64,000 bases of DNA from Alphaproteobacteria bacterium (GTDB lineage: Bacteria; Pseudomonadota; Alphaproteobacteria; MPNO01). The stretch is taken from contig CBDFLJ010000001.1 in assembly GCA_965248835.1 (NCBI GenBank), positions 1,376,001 through 1,440,000 of the forward strand. The letters are read 5' to 3'. The notes under the pieces were generated by a model. That model was not told the origin of the DNA, searched no databases, and worked only from the letters and a program-made list of their open reading frames with translations. How positions within the stretch are numbered: position 1 is the first letter of the stretch; every line of letters starts with the position of its first letter. Shown in pieces: positions 1 to 9,225 of this stretch. The position numbers and the translations under genes are program-made.

Positions 1-265
1 AGCCCGGCGGGATCGCGAGCGGCGGGATCGCGCCCAACCCGTCAGCCGCGTATTCCGCGCCCGTCAGCACCGAAAGCACGCCCGGCATGGCCTTGGCGGT
101 GTCCGCATCGATGCTCCCGACGCGGGCATGTGCATGCGGAGAGCGCAGAATGAATGCATGGGCCTGGCGCGGCAGCACGAGGTCGTCGACATAGCGCCCG
201 GCACCGACCAGAAACCTGCGGTCCTCGCTTCGCGGCACCGATTGTCCAATCCCGAATCTGGCCAT
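1..265 (-). CDS. Xanthine dehydrogenase/CoxL-family molybdopterin-binding subunit, 5' part (runs off window edge)
   Basis: Not in the ORF track. Manual translation from ATG at 265: MARFGIGQSVPRSEDRRFLVGAGRYVDDLVLPRQAHAFILRSPHAHARVGSIDADTAKAMPGVLSVLTG. This is the typical N-terminus of the family. RBS AAGAGGG upstream. Confidence 0.88.
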   Translation of the reverse strand, partial: MARFGIGQSVPRSEDRRFLVGAGRYVDDLVLPRQAHAFILRSPHAHARVGSIDADTAKAMPGVLSVLTGAEYAADGLGAIPPLAIPPG

Positions 266-349
266 GCGACCCTCTTTCTGTTCGCGGCGAACGGCCGAAA
301 CGTTGGCGGTCGGGCTCGAGGGCGTCCGTGCGGTCGCCGCGGCGCCGCT

Positions 350-844
350 TCAGTGACCCGGGATCGGCAGAAGCCGTTGCATCTCGCCCACCGGCTCGCC
401 GGTTTCCATGTCGAGCGCCCGGCGCTGCGGGCCATTTCGCCGCATCACCTCGATGCCGTCCTCACCCCAGCGGTCGCAGTAGAGCTCCACCAGGTGGCCG
501 TCAGGGTCCTGCACGTAGAGGCTGTTGGTCACGTTGTGCTGAACCGGATCGACCGCGATGCCCGCCGCGGTCAGCTCGGAATAAGCCGCCTGGACCGCCG
601 CGAAGTCGTCGAGTTGCCAAGCCATATGGACCAGCCCGGGCTGTGCGGGTCCCGGCGCGGGCTCGCTCGCGCGCTCGACCAGCGCCAGGTCATGGTGCTG
701 CTCGCCGAGGCTGAGGAAGACGATCTTCCCCGCGCTGTGCTCCGCGACCGGCTCGAGGCCCAGCACCTTGCAGTAGAAATTACGCGAAGCCTCGAGGTCG
801 CTCACGTTCAAGACGATGTGCCCGAGCTTTCGTGCCTTGATCAT
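350..844 (-). CDS. VOC/glyoxalase family protein
   Basis: LGHIVLNVSDLEASRNFY, HHDLAL, GLVHMAW and SLYVQDPDGHLVELY motifs. Confidence 0.88.
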   Translation of the reverse strand: MIKARKLGHIVLNVSDLEASRNFYCKVLGLEPVAEHSAGKIVFLSLGEQHHDLALVERASEPAPGPAQPGLVHMAWQLDDFAAVQAAYSELTAAGIAVDPVQHNVTNSLYVQDPDGHLVELYCDRWGEDGIEVMRRNGPQRRALDMETGEPVGEMQRLLPIPGH

Positions 845-952
845 GCCGCCCAACCTTCACCTCGCCGATCCCGCTCAATCATACATAACATGGCCGCGGG
901 TATCGGCTCGAAGGTGAAAGAATGGAAGACAGAAGTTCCGGCGCAGGTCCGA

Positions 953-1154
953 GCGTGCCGTCTTGTTGGCCAACGCGACCGTGACCACGTTGACCGCTCG
1001 CCGCTCGGCCAAACGCAACGCCCATGGCGGCGGCGCCTTGCTTCTGGTGAGCACGGTCCGCGCGCCGTGGATCAGAAGGGTTCGGAGATATTTGTCCCCG
1101 CGCTTGGAGATGCCGAGCATGCGCACCCGCCCACCGGTGCCTTTGTGACGGGGC
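953..1154 (-). pseudogene. IS110-family transposase C-terminal fragment
   Basis: PRHKGTGGRVRMLGISKRGDKYLRTLLIHGAR...VALANKTAR; the N-terminal DEDD domain is absent. Confidence 0.85.
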
Positions 1155-1155
1155 C

Positions 1156-1223
1156 TAGTGCACTGATGCATTGAAGGGATTCACAGGAGGGGTGGGCTGT
1201 GCGAATCTCGCCGGATGGCTCAG
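1156..1223 (+). mobile_element. Probable IS630-type left end remnant (TA-initiated terminus plus first codons MAQ)
   Basis: TAGTGCACTGATGCATTGAAGGGATTCAC...ATGGCTCAG begins exactly where IS110 similarity stops. Resemblance to IS630 termini is from memory. Confidence 0.45.
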
Positions 1224-1308
1224 TTCAACGCGCATTATTCCTCCGCCGTTAACAGCTGCTTGACACCGCCAACCCCTTGTCGATAAATCGCAAGTTCTTC
1301 GATCCGCT

Positions 1309-1398
1309 CTAACAAATCTCGACCTGTGTGGAGCCGAGCTTGCCCTTGTCGTCGCGGACGGCGACCCGGTGCATCCCCCGGACCTTCTCCCCGGGCAT
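1309..1398 (-). pseudogene. Short internal fragment resembling an IS4-family (IS50/Tn5-like) transposase
   Basis: MPGEKVRGMHRVAVRDDKGKLGSTQVEIC resembles the recalled VKGLHRxEVRDxKG...LEI segment of IS4 transposases. Confidence 0.4.
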
Positions 1399-2054
1399 CG
1401 CGGCAGGTCGACGTCAAAGACCTTCTTCGCGCCCCCCGGGCGCTTGGTCATCACGATGACACGATCGGAGAGATAGACCGCCTCCTCGATCTGGTGGGTG
1501 ACGAAAAGCACCGTCTTCTTCGCTTCCTGCCAGATCCTCAGCAGCTCCGATTGCATGATGTCGCGGGTTTGAGCGTCGAGGGCGGCAAACGGCTCGTCCA
1601 TCAACAGGACCTCGGGATCGGTCGCCAGCGCCCGTGCCAGCCCGACGCGCTGCTTCATTCCGCCCGACAGCTCATGCGGATAATGGCCTTCGAAACTCGA
1701 CAGCCCGACCATTTCGGCGAGCCCTGCACAAATCCGCCGCCGCGCGGCAGCGCCCACGCCCTTGAGCTCGAGTCCAAGCTCGACATTGTTCATCACCGTG
1801 CGCCACGGAAGCAGGCCGAATTCCTGGAACACCATCGCACGGTCCTGACCGGGGCCGGTGATCCGCTTGCCGTGAATCATCATCTCGCCGGAGCTCGCCG
1901 GAATCAGTCCGAGAAGCACGTTGAGGAACGTGCTCTTGCCGCATCCCGAAGGGCCGACGATGGACACGAACTCGCCTTCACCGACCTCCACGTTCAGGTC
2001 TTGAAGCGCGGTCACCGGCGTCCGATTGGGCGGATTGAAGGTCAGATTCAGGTT
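1398..2054 (-). pseudogene. NitT/TauT-family ABC ATPase, truncated at both ends, orphan
   Basis: GPSGCGKST, LSGGMKQRV, LLMDEPF and FVTHQ are intact. There is no clear native start, similarity ends at DVDLPR, and no permease or binding protein is adjacent. Confidence 0.8.
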
Positions 2055-2294
2055 TGTCGATCGGTCAGGACCTGGGTGAGCGGATGCCGCAACGTCGGCT
2101 TGGCGGCAATATTCGGGACGTTTGGGCGGAACCGTCTTGCGTTGCAGCCTGCGGCCTGCCGGGCGCTTACACGGTGGTTGGCGTATGCGTGCGGCAAGAG
2201 GTGATCGCGGCGTTGGCCGGTCCGTTCCAAGCCGCTTCCACGGTCCCCTGGTCGGCTTTGAGCAGCAATTTGTCGGACCGTCGATCACACGCGG

Positions 2295-3866
2295 CTACGC
2301 CGCGCTCCCCTGCTCCGCCGCCATCGCCTTCAGGGCCAGCTTTTCGATCTTGCCGGGGCCTGTCTTGGGCAGCGCCTCCAGGATGCGGATGATTTTCGGC
2401 TGTTTGTATTTCACCAGATTGGCCTCGGCGTGGTGCCGCAAGGCCTCGACACTGGCCGATTCGCCGGGCTGCAGGGCGACGAAGACGCAGACGGCTTCGC
2501 CGAGGAAATCGTCCGGCATGCCGACCGCGGCGGCTTCGGCGACGGCCGGGTGGCTCGTCATCACCTCGTCGACCTCGCGCGGATAGACGTTGAAGCCGCC
2601 GACCAGGATCATCTCTTTCTTGCGGTCGACCAGGTACAGGTAGCCGTCCTCGTCGAGATAGCCGACGTCGCCGGTGTAGAGCCAGCCGCCGCGGATTGCC
2701 GCGGCAGTCTCTTCCGGCCGGTTGTGGTAGCCGATGGTGAACTGGGGGCCGCGCACCCGGACCTCGCCGCGCGCGCCCACCGGCTGAACCTGCGTCCCGG
2801 TCTCCAGGTCGACGATCTCGACGACGGTCTCGGGCGGCGTCGCGCCGGTCGACAGGCGTTTCTTGGGGCCGTGGGTCGGGTTGAGGGTGACCGGCGCGCC
2901 CTCCGACATGCCGTAGCCTTCCATTATTTCGTTGCCGGTACGCGCCTTCCAACGCTCCAGCAGGTCGGCGGGGAAAGGCGAGCCGCCGCCCACGCTGTAG
3001 CGGAGCGCGCTGAGATCGGCCTCGCCGATCGCGTCCGATCCGAGCAGGCCGAGGAAAATCGCCGCCGGCCCGCCGGCGAAAACGCTGACACGATGCCGGA
3101 CCAGATTCTCGATCACGCGGTCCGGCCGGTATTGCGGCACGATCACCATGGTCGCCCGGATGTAGAGCGGGAAAATCAGGGTGAAACAATGCCCGAAGAC
3201 ATGGAACATCGGCGCGACGTTGAGGAGGATCTCCCGGCCGAAGTCGAAGCGCCACAGGGCGCGGGTCTGCCGGTTGAAGACGTCGAACAGACTGTGGACA
3301 TGCTCGGCGCCCTTGGGCAGGCCGGTCGTGCCGCCGGTGAAGAACATGATGCAGCGGTCCTCCGGGCGCGGCCGGTCGGCCGGCAGCGCCAGAGTCTCGT
3401 CCGCCGCCCAGCCCCAGACGTCGAGAGCGCCCGCGCCGACCGGCAGGATGTCCGGCCCGTCCGCCCCGCCGACCAGCGATCGGATCCGTTCTGCAAGCGG
3501 CGGCGAGCAGGCGATCGCCGCCGGCGCGACATCGGCGATCAGCCTGCCGAGCTCGCGGTCCGTGTAGGCCGGATTGAGCGGCGCGGTCTGGAGGCGGGCC
3601 GCATAGGCGCCCATCACGGCGACCGCCGTCTCGATCCCGTTGCCCATGACCACTGCGATACGGGTGCCCGGCGCATAGTCCCGGGCCAGATGCTGCGCCA
3701 TCCCGGCAGCGGCGCGGCGATACGCGGCGAAGGTGAGCTGCCGGTCCTCGCAGATCAGCGCCGTTCGGTCCGGCTGCAACTCGGCCGCGGCGTCCAGCGC
3801 GTCGATGATCGTGGGATAGTGCGGATCGCTGTCGACATAATCGACTGACGGATGGCCGGGTTTCAC
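2295..3866 (-). CDS. AMP-dependent acyl-CoA synthetase
   Basis: FTGGTTGLPKG, EGYGMSE, YTGDVG, DRKKEMI, LPKTGPGKI. Confidence 0.93.
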   Translation of the reverse strand: MKPGHPSVDYVDSDPHYPTIIDALDAAAELQPDRTALICEDRQLTFAAYRRAAAGMAQHLARDYAPGTRIAVVMGNGIETAVAVMGAYAARLQTAPLNPAYTDRELGRLIADVAPAAIACSPPLAERIRSLVGGADGPDILPVGAGALDVWGWAADETLALPADRPRPEDRCIMFFTGGTTGLPKGAEHVHSLFDVFNRQTRALWRFDFGREILLNVAPMFHVFGHCFTLIFPLYIRATMVIVPQYRPDRVIENLVRHRVSVFAGGPAAIFLGLLGSDAIGEADLSALRYSVGGGSPFPADLLERWKARTGNEIMEGYGMSEGAPVTLNPTHGPKKRLSTGATPPETVVEIVDLETGTQVQPVGARGEVRVRGPQFTIGYHNRPEETAAAIRGGWLYTGDVGYLDEDGYLYLVDRKKEMILVGGFNVYPREVDEVMTSHPAVAEAAAVGMPDDFLGEAVCVFVALQPGESASVEALRHHAEANLVKYKQPKIIRILEALPKTGPGKIEKLALKAMAAEQGSAA

Positions 3867-4012
3867 CGCGGCATTTTCCCTTTGGTTGGCGTGCGTGCGG
3901 TCCGGCGGCCTCGGCGCTGCCGGGATAGAGGCCCCGGCCCGGCAGCATCGTTATCGAAATCCTCTCCGGCAATTCAGCAACACCGCCCGGGTCCGTCAAG
4001 ACGGGAGAGATC

Positions 4013-4720
4013 CTAAAGGCCGAGATAGGCCTCGCGGACACGGTCGTCCTGCAGCAGGTCCTCGCCCCGCCCGCTCAACACGATGCGGCCGTTCTCCAGC
4101 ACATAGGCGCGCGTCGCCATCCTGAGCGAGAGGGCGACATTCTGCTCGACCAGGATGATCGGCGTGCCGTCGGCGTTGAGACGTTCGACGATGCCGAACA
4201 CCTCCTGGACAAGGGTCGGCGCCAGGCCGAGCGACGGCTCGTCGAACATGATCAGCTCCGGCCGGCCGAGCAGACAGCGGCCGATCGCCAGCATCTGCTG
4301 CTCGCCGCCGGAAAGTGTGCCGGCGTGCTGGCCGGCCCGCTCCCTCAGGATCGGGAATATGGCCAAGACCCGATCCATGGTCTCCGCGAAGTGCTGCCGG
4401 CCGCGTTCGAGATAGGCGCCGACCTCGAGATTCTCGCGAACCGTCAGCCCGGCGAAGATCTGGCGGCCCTCGGCAACCTGCCCGACGCCCAGGTTGCACA
4501 CCCGATGGCTCGGCCATCCGGTAATGTCGACATCCTTGTAGAGGATTCGTCCGGAGTGCGGCTTCTCGATACCGGCGATCGTCCGGATCAGCGAGCTCTT
4601 GCCGGCGCCGTTCGAGCCGACCACCGCAACGATGTCGCCGGCGTCGACCTCCAGCGAAACGTCGTCGAGCGCCTGCGCATCGCCGTAGAACAGGTTCAGG
4701 CCGCTGACGCTCAGGATCAT
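4013..4720 (-). CDS. livF: Branched-chain-type ABC ATPase (LivF-like)
   Basis: GSNGAGKS, LSGGEQQML, DEPSLGLAP, LVEQN. Confidence 0.92.
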   Translation of the reverse strand: MILSVSGLNLFYGDAQALDDVSLEVDAGDIVAVVGSNGAGKSSLIRTIAGIEKPHSGRILYKDVDITGWPSHRVCNLGVGQVAEGRQIFAGLTVRENLEVGAYLERGRQHFAETMDRVLAIFPILRERAGQHAGTLSGGEQQMLAIGRCLLGRPELIMFDEPSLGLAPTLVQEVFGIVERLNADGTPIILVEQNVALSLRMATRAYVLENGRIVLSGRGEDLLQDDRVREAYLGL

Positions 4721-5442
4721 GGTTCGTGATCCCCGAGATAGCATTCCAGGACCGCCGGATCGCGGACGATCCGGTCCGGCGCCCCCTCGCTGATCTTCTC
4801 GCCGTGATGCAGCACGGTGATGTGCTCGGAGAGCGCCATCACGGCGCGCATGACATGCTCGATCAGCAGGATCGTCAGCCCGGTGTCGTCGCGCAGCCGG
4901 CGCAGGGTCGCGATCATGCGATCGGTCTCCGACGGCCGCAGGCCAGCCATCACCTCGTCGAGCAGGAGCAGACGCGGGCCGGTCGCCAGCGCCCGGGCGA
5001 CCTCCAGGCGTTTGCGGTCCGGCAACGTCAGGTTGGCGGCGTGCTGGGCGGCCTTGGTATCGAGTTCGAGCAATGCGAGGAAACCGCGCGCTGCGGCCGT
5101 CGCCGCCGCCACGCTATCGGCGCCGTGCAGGGCCGCGACGGTGACGTTTTCCAGCACGGTCATCTGGGCGAACGGCTTGACGATCTGGAAGGTGCGGCCG
5201 ATGCCGGCATGGCAGATCCGATCGGGCCGCTCGCCGGTGATTTCGGCGTCGCCCAGGCGGACCGAGCCGCTGTCCGGCCGGAATACGCCGGCGATCACGT
5301 TGAACAGGGTCGTCTTGCCGGCGCCGTTCGGCCCGATCAGGGCCGCAATGCCGCGTTCGGCCACGTTGAACGAGACGTTGTTCAACGCGAGCAGGCCGCG
5401 AAAGCTCTTGGAGACGCCATCGACCCGGAGCAACGGGGCCAT
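4717..5442 (-). CDS. livG: Branched-chain-type ABC ATPase (LivG-like)
   Basis: MAPLLRVDG start, GPNGAGKTT, LLLDEVMAGL, IEHVM; 4-bp overlap with livF. Confidence 0.92.
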   Translation of the reverse strand: MAPLLRVDGVSKSFRGLLALNNVSFNVAERGIAALIGPNGAGKTTLFNVIAGVFRPDSGSVRLGDAEITGERPDRICHAGIGRTFQIVKPFAQMTVLENVTVAALHGADSVAAATAAARGFLALLELDTKAAQHAANLTLPDRKRLEVARALATGPRLLLLDEVMAGLRPSETDRMIATLRRLRDDTGLTILLIEHVMRAVMALSEHITVLHHGEKISEGAPDRIVRDPAVLECYLGDHEP

Positions 5443-5447
5443 CCCGC

Positions 5448-6494
5448 TCAACCCTCCGCCTCGGGGCGCGTCAGGCGCAACCGGTCCCTTACCCAGGGCC
5501 AAATTCCCTGCGGCTTGAACAGCACGATCAGGACGACGATGAAGCCCCAGATCAGCAGTTTCAGACCGTCCAGCTTGGTTTTCGGATCGATGACGCGCCA
5601 ATGCTTCAAGAGGTCGATCCCCTCGGTCACGATCTCGCCCAGCGGCGTCAGGATGAAGACGCCGAATATCGGGCCGAACAGGGTCCCGGCGCCGCCGACG
5701 ATGGGGCCCAGCGTGACTTCGATCGAGCGCTCGATGTTGAACACGATCTCGGGGAACAGGCTGTTCTGGTAGAAGGCGTAGAAGACCCCCGCCACGCCCG
5801 CCATCCCCGACGAGATCGTCACGGCGTACATCTTGTAGCGCAGCACATCGACGCCCAGCGCCTCGGCGGCTGCCGCATCGTCGCGGATCGCCTGCCAGTA
5901 ATAGCCGAGCTTGCCGCGCAACAGAAAACGGCACAGGACAAGGGCGCCCAGGGCCAACGCCATGATCAGGTAGTAGTACATCTCCGGCGCGCCGCGGAGA
6001 TTTACCAGATCGATGCCCTGCCGGTCCGCTGCCGACACCTTCAGGAAAAAGCCCTCGGTGGCGCCCAGCCACGGCACATGATCGATCACGATGCGCACGA
6101 ACTCGGCAAAGGCGATCGTGAGCAAGGCGAAATAGACCCCGCCGATGGCGAAGCGGAAACCCAGATAGCCGATCAGCACCCCCATCAGGATCGCCAGGGC
6201 GACCGCCGGCACGACGCCGATGACCGGCGGCAGGCCGATTGCGGCGAACAGATAGGCCGCGGTGTAGGCGCCGATGCCGACGAACAGGGCATGGCCGATC
6301 GAAAGCAGCCCGGCAAAGCCGAGCATCAGGTTCCAGGACTGGCCGATCAGCGCGAGGTAGAAGACGGTCGTGGCGACCGTCATGACGTAGGAACTGCCCC
6401 AGAAGGGCAATAGCAGGAGCAGGAGCAACAGAGCGCCGCCAAGCCAGCATCCGGCCGGCGAGAGCGGGCGAAAGAGAAGGCCCAGCGATTTCAT
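5448..6494 (-). CDS. livM: Branched-chain-type ABC permease (LivM-like)
   Basis: WNLMLGFAGLLSIGHALF, YFALLT, AIRDD...AEALGVD; hydrophobic. Confidence 0.9.
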   Translation of the reverse strand: MKSLGLLFRPLSPAGCWLGGALLLLLLLLPFWGSSYVMTVATTVFYLALIGQSWNLMLGFAGLLSIGHALFVGIGAYTAAYLFAAIGLPPVIGVVPAVALAILMGVLIGYLGFRFAIGGVYFALLTIAFAEFVRIVIDHVPWLGATEGFFLKVSAADRQGIDLVNLRGAPEMYYYLIMALALGALVLCRFLLRGKLGYYWQAIRDDAAAAEALGVDVLRYKMYAVTISSGMAGVAGVFYAFYQNSLFPEIVFNIERSIEVTLGPIVGGAGTLFGPIFGVFILTPLGEIVTEGIDLLKHWRVIDPKTKLDGLKLLIWGFIVVLIVLFKPQGIWPWVRDRLRLTRPEAEG

Positions 6495-7363
6495 CGGACG
6501 CGTTTGCCCAACAGGCCCTGCGGCCGCAGCAGCAGGACCAGGATCAGCAGTCCGAAGCTGAAGGCGGTTTTCATCGACGGCTGGAACAGGACCGCCGCCA
6601 ACGCCTCGGAGACGCCGATCAGGATGCCGCCGACCAGAGCGCCGAACAGGCTTCCGAGACCGCCGATGATCACGATGACGAAGGCGAGCAGCGTGTAGCC
6701 CGGCGCCAGATAGGGATGCACCTCGATCAACAGCAGGATGATCGCGCCGGCCGCGCCGAGGCAGGCCGCGCCGATGCCGAAGGAAAGCGCATAGAGCCGG
6801 CCGACATTGAGGCCGACGACCTGGGCGCCCATATGGTTGTCGGCGCAGGCGCGGATCGCCTTGCCGGTCGTCGTGTATTTGAAGAAGGCCAGCAGCAGGG
6901 CAGCGACGATCACCGCGGCAATCGCTGCGAACATTTTCGGATAGTCGATAATCAGTTCGCCGACCGCGAAGGAATCCCAGGCGTAATCGACCTGGACGCC
7001 CTGGGCATCGGGCCCGAATATCAACAGCAGTGCGCTGACGATCATGATCGCGATGGCGGCCAGCAGCATAAACTGCATATGCTCCGGCAGATGGGACACC
7101 CGGCTGACGACGAACAGTTGCAGCAGATAGCCGAAGACGAACATCAGGGCGGCCGCCAGCGGCACCGAGAGCAGCGGATCCAGCCCCAGCCAGCGGAACA
7201 TCACCAGCGCGAAGAACATGCCCATGACCATGATCTCGCCATGGGCGAAATTCACGATGCGGATGACGCCGAATATGACCGAAAGGCCGAGGGCGCTGAG
7301 GCCGTAAACGAGGCCGATCAGCAGGCCGCTGACCGCGGCATTGGCTACTGTCCAGAAATCCAA
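6491..7363 (-). CDS. livH: Branched-chain-type ABC permease (LivH-like)
   Basis: GLSVIFGVIRIVNFAHGE, GKAIRA, IIGGLGS; TTG start with GGGGGAG RBS. Confidence 0.9.
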   Translation of the reverse strand: MDFWTVANAAVSGLLIGLVYGLSALGLSVIFGVIRIVNFAHGEIMVMGMFFALVMFRWLGLDPLLSVPLAAALMFVFGYLLQLFVVSRVSHLPEHMQFMLLAAIAIMIVSALLLIFGPDAQGVQVDYAWDSFAVGELIIDYPKMFAAIAAVIVAALLLAFFKYTTTGKAIRACADNHMGAQVVGLNVGRLYALSFGIGAACLGAAGAIILLLIEVHPYLAPGYTLLAFVIVIIGGLGSLFGALVGGILIGVSEALAAVLFQPSMKTAFSFGLLILVLLLRPQGLLGKRVR

Positions 7364-7471
7364 GCCTGACTCCCCCGACCGGGCGTTGGGCCAAGCAGGC
7401 CAGGTTTTACCTGCCGATGCGCCGCCGCCCCGCCGGCGCACGCGCCCGGCGGGGACGGCTGCGGCGGCAGG

Positions 7472-8701
7472 TTAGCGTTCGCGCCAGGGGCGCATCGGCC
7501 AGATCGGCTTGGCGACCGCTGCGAACTCCGGCAGCACGACCAGCTGCTTGCCGTCGCGGTTCTGCACCGCGCCGCACGGCACGTGGGGCACCTGGCCTTT
7601 TTCGTTGAACCGGATGCCTTCGCCGATGGTCGTGTTGTTGGTGATGTCGGTCGCGCGCAACGCCGCCTGCAGATCGGTGTTCTTGGTCGACCCGGCGCGC
7701 TTGAACGCGTCGGCAACGATCAGCATCGCATCGAAGGTGTAGCCGTGGTTCGCCGTGATGCCCCGGCCCGGGAACTTCTTCTGATAGACGTCGCGCATCT
7801 TGCGCGCCATTTCCTTCTTGTAGTCGACCCACGGCACGAGGTTGATGACATCGTCGCCGTATTTGCCGGTCGCTTTCATGTAGGCGTCCTCATACCAGCC
7901 CGGCCCGGTGGACAGGATGCCCATCAGGTCGACGCGCTGGCGCACCAGCTCCTTGGTGATGGCGATCGCGTCGTTGAGCCGGCTGACCGCCCACAGCGCG
8001 TCCGGCTTGGCGCCCTTGACCTTGCGCACCTCGGCCGAGAAATCGCGGCCATAGGGATCGTAGGCGATCTTCTCGACAATCTCGTAGGGCATCTTGAATT
8101 TCGGCGTCAGCGCGAACAAGGCGCCGGCAAGGCTGGTGCCGAAGGTGTCGTTGACATGCAGCAACGCCACACGCTTGGGCGTCGCCCCGCCCATATCGAA
8201 CAGCTTTTTCTGGTTCTTGAACGCATCCCCGACGATCATTGGGCCGGTCGGGAAATTGCGGAACACCCACTTGTAACCGAGCTCGGTGAGCTTGGTGACC
8301 GCCGCGATATTGACCACCAGCGGGATGTTCTTCTGCTCGCACACCTGCGCTGCCGCCATGGTCTGGCCGGAATCGAAACAGCCGACGATGACGTGGGCGC
8401 CGGCGTCGATCAGTCTCTCCGCCTGGGCGCGGGCGACATCGACTTTCGTCTCGGTATCGCCCAGCATGAACGCCATCTCGGGATAGCCCATCGCGCTGAG
8501 CACTTCCGGCGCAACATCGGCGCCGCGCTGGCAATCGATTCCGATCTGCGCCTGCGGCCCGGACCGCGGCAGCAGGATGCCGACGTTGATCGTGCCGGCG
8601 GCCCGGCCGTGGCGCAGCGGTACGGCCGCAGCGACAGCGCTCGCGCCGGCGCCCGCCAGAACGGTGCGGCGGCTTACCGCCGAAGTCTTTTGGGTCTTCA
8701 C
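7472..8701 (-). CDS. ABC substrate-binding protein (LivJ/PBP1 fold) with Tat signal
   Basis: SRRTVL twin-arginine signal, VGILLPRSG; GTG start with GAGGGAGG RBS; first gene of the liv operon. Confidence 0.9.
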   Translation of the reverse strand: MKTQKTSAVSRRTVLAGAGASAVAAAVPLRHGRAAGTINVGILLPRSGPQAQIGIDCQRGADVAPEVLSAMGYPEMAFMLGDTETKVDVARAQAERLIDAGAHVIVGCFDSGQTMAAAQVCEQKNIPLVVNIAAVTKLTELGYKWVFRNFPTGPMIVGDAFKNQKKLFDMGGATPKRVALLHVNDTFGTSLAGALFALTPKFKMPYEIVEKIAYDPYGRDFSAEVRKVKGAKPDALWAVSRLNDAIAITKELVRQRVDLMGILSTGPGWYEDAYMKATGKYGDDVINLVPWVDYKKEMARKMRDVYQKKFPGRGITANHGYTFDAMLIVADAFKRAGSTKNTDLQAALRATDITNNTTIGEGIRFNEKGQVPHVPCGAVQNRDGKQLVVLPEFAAVAKPIWPMRPWRER

Positions 8702-8879
8702 TGTTTCCTCCCTCGCATGGGCCAATGCCAAGGAAATCGAGTGTAGCCGCTCGCTCGGAAGAGGTCTATGGACTGCCCCTGTTCGACACGGACGAGGGTT
8801 CGACACATACCCTCGACGGTGCGCACCCGAACGGGATGTTCACACAGCGTGATCCGCTTCGACGCAACCGGCCGGCGCC

Positions 8880-8945
8880 CTGTGGATAACCGGCTTGCCG
8901 TCGCCAGACTCTTGGCGGTCGCTGCGACAAGCCGCTTACCCACAG
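8880..8945. repeat. Imperfect inverted repeat with DnaA-box-like outer arms
   Basis: Paired arms CTGTGGATAA/TTACCCACAG, CGGCTTG/CAAGCCG and TCGCCA/TGGCGG. Confidence 0.75.
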
Positions 8946-8993
8946 CTCCCGGGGCAGCGAGAACTCCTACCCCACGCCTGGGGACACAACCCA

Positions 8994-9013
8994 CGCGTTG
9001 ATGTCGGCGCCGC
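8994..9013 (+). repeat. 20-bp direct repeat, copy 1
   Basis: CGCGTTGATGTCGGCGCCGC, identical to 10081-10100. Confidence 0.95.
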
Positions 9014-9189
9014 TTCGCGAGCAGGGCTCTGGCGCTGGGCCAAGGGCTGCCGATGATCGGAAAATTGCTTGGCCACACCCAGGTGCAGACGACCGCCCGT
9101 TACGCCCATCTTGCCCGGGACACCGTCAAAGCGTCCGCCACTCTATATCGGCGACAGCATCGACCGCGACCTGGAAGCGGCGGAATAGC
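9014..9189 (+). pseudogene. Tyrosine recombinase/integrase C-terminal stub with frameshift
   Basis: FASRALALGQGLPMIGKLLGHTQVQTTARYAHL (LLGH...T..Y catalytic box). The tail IGDSIDRDLEAAE* is in a shifted frame. Confidence 0.88.
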
Positions 9190-9225
9190 GCACAATCTCC
9201 ACATCGCCCGGGGGTCCGGCGGCGG

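Noticed and set aside
875-1155. Functional IS110 bridge-RNA recombinase system
   Set aside because: Only about 67 C-terminal codons remain. The DEDD domain is gone and I cannot identify element ends or a bridge RNA.
1270-1281. 12-mer CAACCCCTTGTC shared with 10207-10218
   Set aside because: Too short to separate from chance in 64 kb, and the flanks are unrelated.
8880-8945. Chromosomal replication origin
   Set aside because: Only two DnaA-like boxes are present, with no AT-rich unwinding element and no oriC-linked genes.
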